DNA of 63,880 bases, the filler included, from Bigelowiella natans CCMP2755 (taxonomy: Eukaryota > Protista > Cercozoa): NCBI GenBank assembly GCA_000320545.1. It is 4 parts of 4 records of this genome, joined end to end, with 100 filler letters (N's around TTAATTAATTAA, not from the genome) between each part and the next. Parts side by side here need not be neighbours in the genome. Positions count along the whole stretch, not along the records: positions 1 to 28,294 come from ADNK01002274.1; 3 more parts are not named here. One strand, written 5' to 3'. The translations under genes and the position numbers were made by a program. Below the pieces are notes generated by a model. It ran no database searches and was not told where the DNA came from. It saw only the letters and a list, made by a program, of their open reading frames with translations. Numbering within the stretch: the stretch's first letter is position 1; each line of letters begins with the position of its first letter. Positions 14,752-25,280 of the stretch are shown here, piece by piece.

Positions 14752-14795
<44 letters not shown>

Positions 14796-15052
14796 CATCG
14801 TACCCATCCATGGTTGATCTTGCTCCAGATCCAGCAACCGTAGTTACCTGGGAGGGGGGACCGTAACAGAATCAGTCATAAAGAAAAACAAAGCCGAAAA
14901 TAATATCCTTGGGAGGGAGAAACTACACAAACATGCACACATACATACACACACAAACACTTACAAATCAAAAGTTATTGAGTACACATCACACTACACG
15001 TATGTGTTTGTATCTTTCTTTATATGTGTATATTTATGTATATACACGTCAG

Positions 15053-15090
<38 letters not shown>

Positions 15091-15597
15091 TAGTAATTCA
15101 AGTGACGCAGACATACCATATTTGAAGTCGTGTTATGCATCCGAATTTTATTAGCACCACGGTCCGCAAAGAATCTGTTAATTCCAACCAAGCACACAAG
15201 TGTAACATGTGTGTACATGAAATTGGCGGTGGTAAACTAAAATAGATACGAGCCATTTTGTTATGCAATAGGACTTCAGTGATTCATTTTCAAGGAAAAC
15301 AACCAGCTGGGTATTCTAGTCACACTACCATTGAGCTAATGGAGAGAAAGTGCGGGTAAGGTGAACAATGATCTCACACATACGCTGTCGCAATGACATA
15401 CATCCTAGTGCCATCCTCGGTGACATGAAGTCCATAAATTAAACCTATCCCCACAGCCGAAGAGTGCCCGTCCTTCCAGCCACTTGCCGAGCTTCCAACA
15501 ACGTTAGTTACATGTTTAGTGATGGGATCATACCGCTTGATTCTCCCGAACGTCTAATTGCAAGAAACCAATAACAACGGTGACCACATGAGTAATT

Positions 15598-15638
<41 letters not shown>

Positions 15639-16441
15639 ATTAAAGCAACTTAGCACAATGAGGTACAGAGTCGGTGTAGTAGATATAATAGCTGGCCCCA
15701 ATGGAAGAGAAGGCAATTCCTTGAGGTTTTCCAATCGCTAAGGAAGGTCCAAAGCCATCTGAATTTTGGCTGCCCAACGTGGCATTACCCACAATATTGA
15801 CCACCTTTGAACAACCAATACAACGCATTGTTAACTCTGGAAGAATATGCTTTGTACTAGATGTGAGAGATAAACTACTAATACTGAAGGTGAATACTTC
15901 GCCTGTTCCTGGGGAGCTTATAGTCACTTTCCGTATTCTGTATCCGAACTGAAGCATACATGAGTAAGTATATTTGATAAAGAATGATGATGGCTTATTA
16001 TCTGTAAATACTGACTGTGTCTGCGATGTAGAACGTTGTCCCATCTTCATTTACAGCAAACGCATACGAACTTGAGATGCTGGCAACCCCGATTGGGCCA
16101 TCATTCTTGGGGTTTCCCGAAATGTAAAAGCTTGCAATTGTTGTCTTTGCCATCAATCCCGGACTCGGGTTATCATACTCATATATGTATTGGCCGCTTG
16201 ATGTCAAAACGAAAATCGAGTTGTTTTTTTGTGGGTTTGGTGTGACGTCATATGCTTGCTGTGCAAAGCTGTACACGTAAGAACTTGGTTCCCCATTCGA
16301 CCCACAGGCTACACACAACAGCAGAGCAAGGGCATGCCCCCAACGGCCACATCGACACGCCTCACAATGACACGGCATGGTCTCTGCACAACGATCCTCG
16401 AGAAGGAGCACGTTGTCACCCCCAGGTACCGGTAACGTCAT
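5662..16441 (-). CDS. Giant polycystin-1/REJ-like receptor: signal peptide, NHL repeats, PT-rich stalk, REJ, GPS, ~5-6 TM, PDZ-like tail
   Basis: Leader WGHALALLLCVACG; NHL-type exons (VTTVAGSGARSTMDG|PATSATFYFP; VTNVVGSSASGWKDG…YGLHVTEDGTRMYV; GKPQGIAF); (SPTTE)n; REJ-like exons (IDASSSMDP…LSFSW; LIIAPNVLIPGKYYRF; TNSPPSAGGC); GPS CVFWDESSSQWSTDG…CESTHLT; PKD1-like HPWMSIF…KKRL. Terminal exon ~5662-9012. Start is ATG 16441 or 16378; some internal exons unresolved. Confidence 0.85.
12655..12808 (-). repeat. 15-bp coding minisatellite (~10 units) encoding (S/F)PTT(E/A/T)
   Basis: cagtggttgggga(t/c)(t/g) units are contiguous, with no spacers, inside an exon of the REJ gene. Confidence 0.95.
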
Positions 16442-16619
16442 CACTAGCAGATCGGGTGGTGAATTTCATCGTGCGACAACAACAAATGGGTGAAATCGCT
16501 AGTACTCGTAAGAACTACAAGTACCAGAGTCGGCGGAATAAGTGTTAGCGGGGAAGAAAGACATGGGGTTTTTTTCACATACGACAACGTTGAACGTCCT
16601 TAAAATTGTTCCGAATTAG

Positions 16620-16950
16620 TCAAAAATGGCCTGTTGCGACAACTCCAATAACTCCATCTTGATGGGAAAAAAAATCGAGTGATGACTCCCTAGATCTACT
16701 GCACACCGCTTGTCGCAAGGGGGCGATTTCCGGGGATTCGACGGTTTTCCCCCCCAGCTTTTTCTCAGCTTTTTCCTTTTCTTTCTGGAGCTGCCGAGCC
16801 AAACTGATCGCTTTCGCTTTCTGGGCATGATCCTACAGCTCGTCAGAAACCATGCGCGTTGGCGAGGTGAGGGTAAAACCAAGGTGAGAACGGGATCGTG
16901 TGCAAAACTTTTTGATCTCCATTCGGTTGATGGACTTGGCTCAGCAGCGA
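16620..16950 (-). pseudogene. Decayed ORF remnant
   Basis: AKSINRMEIKKFCTRSRSHLGFTLTSPTRMVSDEL*DHAQKAKAISLARQLQKEKEKAEKKLGG…: open except for one TAG; family not recognised. Confidence 0.3.
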
Positions 16951-17023
16951 GTGACAACTTGCAAGCTCTGAGGCAGGTTGTGAGGTTCGACTCCTCGCGA
17001 GATCTGGGGGGGTACAATCTTTT
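16914..17023 (+). ncRNA. tRNA-like / SINE-head Pol III element (A box, B box, TTTT)
   Basis: A-box-like TGGCTCAGCAG at 16937; perfect B box GGTTCGACTCC 16984-16994 in a TGAGG/CCTCG T-stem; GATCTC(16914)/GAGATC(16999) pairing; TTTT 17020-17023. No canonical anticodon arm. Confidence 0.45.
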
Positions 17024-17257
17024 GATTCCTTGCCCCCCACATGGCCCCCTTGGTCTCTCGTCACAGGCTGACGGAGTAAAGGTTTTCGCTTCAGGAATGA
17101 ACGATTACTAGTCCTTGGGGGTAGCTTCTAGTTTTGAGGGGCTAGTTCGGGGAGAGCTAACTACTCTCCCATCCACTCTCAACACCACCTAACCTGGCCA
17201 CTAGCAATTGTCTGTGCGAAGTGGCCAAAGCAAAATTCATAGACAAGTATTGTAATC

Positions 17258-18033
17258 ATGAGAAACAATGTAGGATTTGAGGCTTTTGAGGAGGAATTTG
17301 AGCATTTGAACCTTTCCAGAGGAACTATGACAACAAAAATTTACAACGCTGCGATGAAGTCCAGCACAGGGAGGAATGCTGCGGGCATGAATCCTTGGAA
17401 CTTTTTTCAAAGTTCATTGAAGGGATACAAACTAGTAGCCAATCAGAGATCTGAGTTATACAATTTTGGTACTAGAAGATGGGAAGAGTTCCAGGAAGAG
17501 TTCAATCACTTGAACATTTCCTATGGATGCATGATGAATCTGTATGAGACTGTGATGACGTCTACCACTGGGAAGACTCCTAAGTGCATGAACCCTTGGA
17601 ACTTCTTCCAAAAATCATTGAAAGGCTATGGCACGGCAGCCAATCAGAGGTCTGAACTATATAATTTTGGTACTACAAGATGGGAACAATTTCAGGAAGA
17701 GTTCAATCACCTAAATCTTTCTGAGGGATCTTTGGTGAGTGTATATGAGATTTTGGTTAAGAGAGGTTCCAAAGTTCCTTGAGGGGACATGGATTAGCTG
17801 TGAATGTGAGATCAGAACTGTACAATTTTGGGTCTAGGAGTTGGGAGCAGTTTCAGGAAGAGTTTAATTATTTGAGTCTTTCCTGGGGAAACATGGAGAA
17901 AGTTTTTGATACTGTGATGAAGGCCAGTGCTGGAAGCTGTGCTGCTAATCCCTGGAATCTGTTTCAAACTTCATTGAAGGGTTATGGACTTCAAGTAGAA
18001 GAGATGGCACATCTCTACAGTTTTAAACAGTGA
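17258..18033 (+). CDS. Intronless tandem-repeat protein (~4 x 65-67 aa), frame break in unit 3
   Basis: ORFs 17258-17782 and 17779-18033 share the unit F(Q/E)EEFxxLNLS…NPWNxFQxSLKGYxL…RSELYNFG; spacing of SELYNF is 201 nt then 161 nt. Confidence 0.75.
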
Positions 18034-18329
18034 AAAGAAAAAAAAATAATAACTAAAATAGAAGAAAAATATGGCAAACCAAAGAATTAGGGGAAAAAAT
18101 CACAAAACAAAAAATTATGATTTCTTCGTGCATTAGATTTGCAGACCACGAATTTACTGATATTAAAATAGAAACAATGAATGTAAAATAGTTAGAAATG
18201 AGGATGCTCAAATTAGAAACTTGGCACAAATCGGAGGAGTTTTTCTCTCGTACACCAAACAATGAATTGTCGAGACATAAGGTTGACTCCACGGCATTGA
18301 GCAAGTGTGGGGCTCTTTGCAACGCCAAG

Positions 18330-19500
18330 ATGTAATCAATCTATGAGAAATTTAAGCGAACAATGAAAAAAAAGTGAATGAGCTACGACACGTTTGACAA
18401 ATGACACATGATGGATGCATCTGCACAGCTTTTTCCTACTCTCCATGTTGCAATTGCTAAGATTCAATGTTGCGTGTGTCGGTCCACAACGAGGAGCCAA
18501 GCGCCGTGTACATGTCTAGATGTGGTCAATCTGCACACACGCTGCTGTCTCAGCAAACATCTTGGTAATCATGCAATTCGATGTTCATGTCCAGATTTGA
18601 AGATGAGGTCAGCCAATTTCATTGCCCAAGCTTGCAAGCTTGTGTGTGCAATGCTGTGCATTGCTAGATTGCATGCATGTGATTTGATTTGTTTGAAACT
18701 GCAAAGCATCTTTGAGCAAAAGCCAACACTAGAACACACCACTGCATCACCATGAGCAAAGAGATTTAGTCCGTCAACACATCAGTCACTGTGCATGACA
18801 TGTCTAGATGTGCGCATGATGCGTCTAAACTGTGAATCATCCTGCATTGGCACAAAATCATAGCGCCCATTGCTGGATTGATCTAGGGATATTCAAATTG
18901 TGCAATTTTTGATGTGTGCCTAGCTAGCTAGTTAGCTAGGCACACATCAAAAATTGCACAATTTGTGTAGCTAGCTAGTTAGCTAGCCTCACATGAAGGT
19001 TTCATTTGTGAAAGGCTGCATTTTTCCTGGACATGCAACTCTAGAACTCTACAAAGCACACGGCAAAGCTAGCAAAGAAACATCATGCATGCATGAAAAG
19101 ATATAGTCTGCAAAGATAAATTTGTGTCTCCACCATGCCTAGCTATCATAGCTAGCCAGACATGGTAGCACGCATGTGACCGACCTGCGCACATTGTACT
19201 CCGCGATGCATCGCATGAGAGCGCGCTACACTAAGCCACTAGATCACTGTGGCCTGCACTAGTGCACATACTAGCATAGTGTGTGGTACGCAATTTACAC
19301 TTCGCTAGTTTTGTTTCGTGATTAGAGTACACACGTTTCCGATGTGAAATAGACCTCTATCTCGCCATGACTAGATGAGTTGATAACGTCTGAAACTGCT
19401 AAACCTCCATCTACGAACGTAGCATGTTGCGCATAGGATAGCATGCTAGCATGCATGTATGCAGTGCTAAACTAGAACCGAAATGCCACTGAAGAGCATC
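18330..19500. mobile_element. Decayed TE-like island containing repeat B and a perfect hairpin
   Basis: CATG/TGCA/CTAG-rich; shares repeat B with 5195-5397; broken protein-like frames. Confidence 0.6.
18895..18964. repeat. Perfect 32-bp inverted repeat with 6-nt loop
   Basis: aaattgtgcaatttttgatgtgtgcctagcta-gctagt-tagctaggcacacatcaaaaattgcacaattt. Confidence 0.95.
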
Positions 19501-19544
19501 TGACACATTAGTGCTAGAGTGGACGGCACACGTTACATGCACAT

Positions 19545-20950
19545 CTACATCATCAGACACTTCTTCTTCTCCTTCTTCTTCTCCTTGAGACAGCTTTCCA
19601 CTTCGGCAAATACGTCGAACAAATCTTCAACCGGGATTTCATTCTTGATGGAGGAACACTCCACGTACTTTGCCGCACCGATTTCCACAGTCATTCGAGT
19701 TCCCTCGTCAAATGTAACTGGGGATAAATCTCTACATTTGATATTGCGGTGAAAAAAAACTTGAGTAAATCAACAAGTCATACGATATGTTTAATAAAAT
19801 GCACATAGAATATGCACACACTCCTAAGCGTCGATTTTCGCCTAAGAGAAAGGCATTTTCTCCATAGCTCACCGTTCTTGCAGGCGCTGCTTAATCTTCT
19901 CATTTTCACGTAAATCGCTCTAACAACCAAGCGCAAACCAAAGTCAATAAGAAGCGAAGAAACCAAGCATGGTTTTTAGAGGAAGGACTTGTCCTCCTCC
20001 CCCCCCCCACGGGATGAAGAGAGGAAGAGGAAGAGAGGAAGAGAGAAAGATTAAGAGAGGAAGGGGGAATGAGAGATAGAGAGAGGGAGAGAGATTAAAA
20101 GAGAGAAAGATTAAGAGAGGAAGGGGGAATAAGAGATAGAGAGAGGGAGAGAGATTAAAAGAGAGAGAGAGAGAGACAGAGAAACATGGAACATACACAA
20201 GCCAATGTTAAGCAATTTAAAGATTTTGAATCTCAGCATATAATACGATGACAATGCTGTTACGGGTATCAGTAAAGCATTCGAAAATTAAGACTGCTTA
20301 AAACAACAATTACCTTCATCCCAACAAGTATGAACGGTACCCCTGGACAATGATTTGCGATCTCAGGGATCCATTTTGTCCTCACATTATCTAATGAACC
20401 TTACGCCGTTAAGCACCACCAAAAAAGATACTGACATGCCGCATGCAACGGAACGATGTATTAATTGGGATTTTTTTATTTTCCCGGGAAGTGTAGAAAT
20501 CTGCAATGGGTGTACATATTGTTGTTTTTGCTTTGAATGATATCTCTGGAGATGATAGGTTGAATTACCAGGGTCTGCAATGTCGAAGCAGACGATGAAA
20601 ACATTAGTCTTGAGATAATCTGATGTCCGAATATTATCCAAATCTTGAGCTGCTTCTGTATCCCACCATGATAATCTGCAGTTTAAATGAACACTGAATT
20701 ATTTCTACAGCACGACAAACCAAACACAAAAAAAACACTCACTCCTCCCACCCTCCCCGCCCCCGACACACTGACATATGAAACGATAAATTTATGCGCT
20801 GTTTGAGCGCCACTCTTCGCTATCTGTTGCTCGCATTTTCTTCGACTATCAAGACAACAATCGTCGCTACTGCTGCTGATGAGCATACTTTAACGTTCTC
20901 CCGTTTTTCTTCACCTCGCAGTGCTGAACGACGTACACACGTGCAAGAGA

Positions 20951-21003
<53 letters not shown>

Positions 21004-21526
21004 GCGAAGGGGGGGGGGGGAGGCATCGGTTCACATTACAAAACAATAACTTATATAAGGGAGTTGAAACAGCACATACTCTACAACACTCCCTCATTTT
21101 GGTCTGATTGCCAAATATGTTAGCACATTGTTGTCATCATCATCAATCATTTCTATTACGAATTTGTCTCCGTAGCTCGCCAATCCGAGGTGATCGTGCG
21201 GATCTGGAAATGTCCCCATAGCTTGTGTGATACAGAACGAGGTCTGAACTCCGTCAAATTATCGTTGTCATCATCTTAATTAGTGGTGCAGTTGGGTTTG
21301 AGAGGATTAGAATAGCAACCGAAGCAAAAAATAACACACACACACTTCATTTAAGGCCTAGGTGTAAAAGGTGAAGAGGCTGCTTTGGGAAATCACATGC
21401 ACGTTTGAGTGTAAATGACTAGCTGGATTTATTATACACTATAGTAACACGAGTTTTCACCTTTCCCACATCGTCGTCGCCGACAACTACAGCTTTAATG
21501 TAGGGACCCTTCTTGTCATCCGCCAT
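19545..21526 (-). CDS. Divergent Rho-family GTPase paralog (possible pseudogene or pseudo-GTPase)
   Basis: [22 protein letters not shown]|[18 protein letters not shown]…|[35 protein letters not shown]|[14 protein letters not shown]…ILVGMK|SDLRENE…|…YVECSS…KKKCLMM*. CAAX intact; in-frame TGA at 21096-21094 in the simplest exon-2 model. Confidence 0.8.
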
Positions 21527-21923
21527 TCGTCGGAAGGAGGAAAATTCCAGGATTATTATTGAGCCCGGAAAATTAAGGAGTTCTATGTCGATGGCCTATG
21601 TCGCACATGTGAAAACGGACTGATTTCAACATTCTTCAAAGCATCATTAAATCAAACTCATTGTGGACGACAACGAGATTAGCCTGTCTCTCGGATAGAA
21701 GTTGACTACCTATTTTTATTGGAACTTGGATGTTTGCCGGCTGGAAAAACGATGGAAATTTCTAACCTGCGACACCCTTTTGGGACTGTCGTAGATACGT
21801 ACGAGCAGCAATTGTGAAGCTTTCATAGGGCTTGACGAATGTTGATATCCATGCGTATACACATGTGCGACAAGGGTTTTCCTTATTTTCGTGGAATTTT
21901 CCACCTTTCCAACGAAGGGCGGA

Positions 21924-22975
21924 ATGGCGGACGGAAAGGCTTCGACTGTTAAAGCTGTACTTGTCGGCGACGGGGGGATTGGAAAGGTAAACGCTCATGG
22001 TTTTATGGTAAAATAGAAGGACAATCCGTGTTTGTGGGAACTCTCTTAGCAACCTCTTCATTTGGAAACCTTCGTTTGGAGAGCATTGAATTTCGGAAAA
22101 GTGTTTCTTGGAGGCTCGGCTGCTATTCGACTCCTTCTTTCTAGCACAACTGAATTACTACTAATGATGATGACAACGGTAACGGTGCTGCTGGTGCTAA
22201 TATTTGACGACTTCAGACCACGTTCTGTATCACGCAAACAACGGGAAAATTCCCAAAGGAGTTTGTCCCTACAGTATTCGATATCCGAGAATGCGATGTT
22301 AAAAGCAAAGGGAAATCTTTCAAGTATGTTTAGGCGGTAGCAGGAGCGAAGACTATTGTCTCGCTACTCAATAAAAACAAGAGCGATAGATGGCACAGTG
22401 CATTTGTGCGCGTGCGCGCATCGCGCATGTGTGTGTATGTGTGTGTGTGTGTGTGTGTTTGATTTCCACCGTTCACTATCAAACTTTTACCATTCTAGAC
22501 TGTGCTTTTGGGACACGGCAGGAAGGGAGGATTACGACCGGATTCGGCCGCTATCATATCCGGGCACGAATGTTTTCCTCGTTGGCTTCGACATTGCAAA
22601 TCATTGTAATTCATCTTCAGAGATCATTCAAAGCAAAAACAACAATATGTACACCCATTGCAGATTTCTACACTTCCCGGGAAAATTAAAAAATCCCAAT
22701 TAATACATCGTTCGGTTGCATGCGGCATGTCAGTATCTTTTTTGGTGGTGCTTAACGGCGTAAGGTTCATTAGATAATGTGAGGACAAAATGGATCCCTG
22801 AGATCGCAAATCATTGTCCAGGGGTACCGTTCATACTTGTTGGGATGAAGGTAATTGTTGTTTTGAGCAGTCTTATTTTCGAATGCTTTACTGATACCCG
22901 TAACAGCATTGTCATCTTATTATACGCTGAGATTCAAAATCTTTAAATTGCTTAACATTGGCTTGCGTATATTCC

Positions 22976-23012
<37 letters not shown>

Positions 23013-23667
23013 TCTTTCTCTCTTCCTCTCTTCCTCTTCCTCTCTTCATCCCGTGGGGGGGGGGAGGAGGACAAGTCCTTCCTCTGAAAACCATGCTTGG
23101 TTTCTTCGCCCCTTATTGACTTCGGTTTGCGCTGGGTTGTTAGAGCGATCTACGTGAAAATGAGAAGATAAAGCAGCGCCTGCAAGAACGGTGAGCTATG
23201 GAGAAAATATGCACAACGAATATTTTGGATGATTGAGAAGTGCATAGAAAATATGTACAACGGGCATTCTGGATCATTAAGAAGTGCATAGTTTGCGGGT
23301 TCCAATTTTTGTTTTTCGCCCCTTCACCCTTGCGAGCTTTTAGATAATTACACAGAGAAGCTGCTTCCTAGTATTTCCGCTGAAGATTGTGAATGTTTGT
23401 CCTTTTCAGCTTCACGCTTTGACGCTAGATGTCTTGTTGATAAAATTCGTATTTTTCCCCATCGAAACATCCAAATTTAGAAATGAGTCCCCAGTTACGT
23501 TTGACGAGGGAACTCGAATGGCTGTGGAAATCGGAGCGACAAAGTACATGGAGTGCTCCTCGCTGCAAAACAAAGGCTTGACCGAGGCTGTTGATGCTCT
23601 GTCTGAGGTGGGAAGCCAGCACCTTCTAAAGTCCAAGAAGAAGAAGAGGAAGTGTATAATGATGTAG
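21924..23667 (+). CDS. Rho/Rac-family small GTPase with Q61R-equivalent
   Basis: [21 protein letters not shown]|[22 protein letters not shown]…|[27 protein letters not shown]…|[28 protein letters not shown]|SDLRE…|…YMECSS…[10 protein letters not shown]; six exons with consistent phases. Confidence 0.92.
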
Positions 23668-23699
23668 GTATGAGACGGAAGTAATGAAATGAAATGTTT

Positions 23700-25250
23700 A
23701 AATTTTTCAAAGGTCATCCTAGTGTAGCTGATTGTGCAGAGCAGCGGCTACAGCGCTTAAGTTATGTCTATTTGTTTCTTGTGTCACATGCATGCATGTG
23801 AAAGCATTGCAAATTTGTTGGCGATGTCGTGCATTGCGCGCAGCGGTGCGAGCTCTTTTCTTTGTCTTTGTGAGGCTTCGTCGTTACAGTTGCTGTCCAT
23901 GATGACCGTCAATTGTTTTCTCAGTTCTGAACTTTTGATGTTCAAATTTCCTGTGTTCCAGGAGATGATCCATGTCCTGCAGCATGCCGCACGTGTCACG
24001 CATGCATCTAGCCATGTAGCGTCTGCTTGCATTGTCCTTGGGACAACATGAATTTCCCACGGTGTAGATATCAGATGAGACATGTGCACATGCTTGCACA
24101 CGCATGTCTAGATGTGTGTTCAGAGGGGGCTGCATGTGCTAGTCTAGTAGATGTGCTCGAATCATCTACAAGTAGCGTTTGATTTAGAGATCATGATGCT
24201 CCCCTGATTGCCACTACTGCAGTGGCGCACAGAACCACAGCTCCGTCAAACCCGGTAACGACGGGGTTGTGAACAGTCTAGCAGTGCAGCGCTTTGCGAC
24301 GCGCTTTCTAGCTTTGAAGCAGCAGGCAGTTGCAGTTGGCCAAAAAAAGTCATCAGAACTTGGCCGATGGCCAAACCTCAAAAAATGACCGAAACATTAA
24401 CCCAAATGTCCATTTTCAAGGCCTCGGTGAGCGCGCAAAGTGTAAAAATTCACACCCGTTGTGTAGAGGATGCGAGCTGCGCGTTTGTTCTCTGCCACAT
24501 TTTGAATGCTTTTGCGCGTGTGTTTGACCAAGTGTGATGTGCACGAAAAATTTCAAAGAAATGCGAGCAAATCCAATGTCCATTGCATCACACAACGCGC
24601 TTGGCGGTCGCGCGCAAAAGCTTCCAAATGCATGCATGTTCTGGCGATTCGTTACAGGTTTGACGGAACTGTGACAGGGTCAGTTGAGCAGCACGTTCAT
24701 GCCATTTTGCAAATCTAGAAATGTCGTCTGAGATGCGCGCATGAATGCAAAGATGTGCTGATGTTCATGTGCCGACTCATCATTCGGATCAAAAACAGCG
24801 TAATTTAGTGATGGCAATGGATATACGGACCTATGCGGACTTATAGATCCCTAGATGGATGCAGCATCCGTAGCATAATTAGCATGCGCACGTCGTGCAT
24901 GCTAGCATGTCCGTGACGACTTGCGCACATTGCAGCGCATTGCCAGCAAGCCTATATAAAGGGCATATAAGGCCTGTGTACATATATCATTCTACGCGAC
25001 GATCAGAACGGTGCAAATAAAATACTAGAATGCGACACGGACCTACGCGCATCGCATCAGATGTACATCTGCAGCAGCAGTTTCACAATAATGAAAGAAC
25101 CAACGTCGCATGAACGCATGGGAGGCATGCAAATGCAAGGAATCATGTTCTTGCTGCCTGGCACGATTCCTCCCATCCAAGCAGTAAGCTTCGATCCATT
25201 ATACCACACTTATTACACTGTTTATCGCTGTCACGCCCCATCATTGTCCC
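23700..25250. mobile_element. Decayed TE-like island
   Basis: CATG/TGCA-rich; short match gcagc…gctacagcgct to the repeat A end; no intact ORF. Confidence 0.5.
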
Positions 25251-25280
25251 TCGGCGTTACTCAACGAAGCCCCCCCCATC

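Noticed and set aside
16914-17004. Canonical tRNA or tRNA-Sec gene
   Set aside because: No proper anticodon stem-loop, and the D-loop lacks GG; kept only as a tRNA-like element.
19990-20170. ~60-bp duplicated GA-rich unit
   Set aside because: Local slippage duplication inside a Rho intron; no functional evidence.
21094-21096. TGA as selenocysteine in the minus Rho
   Set aside because: Not at a Cys-equivalent position and no SECIS recognised.
24240-24285. Helitron-like hairpin followed by CTAG
   Set aside because: The stem is weak, CTAG is ubiquitous here, and no TC start or AT target site was identified.
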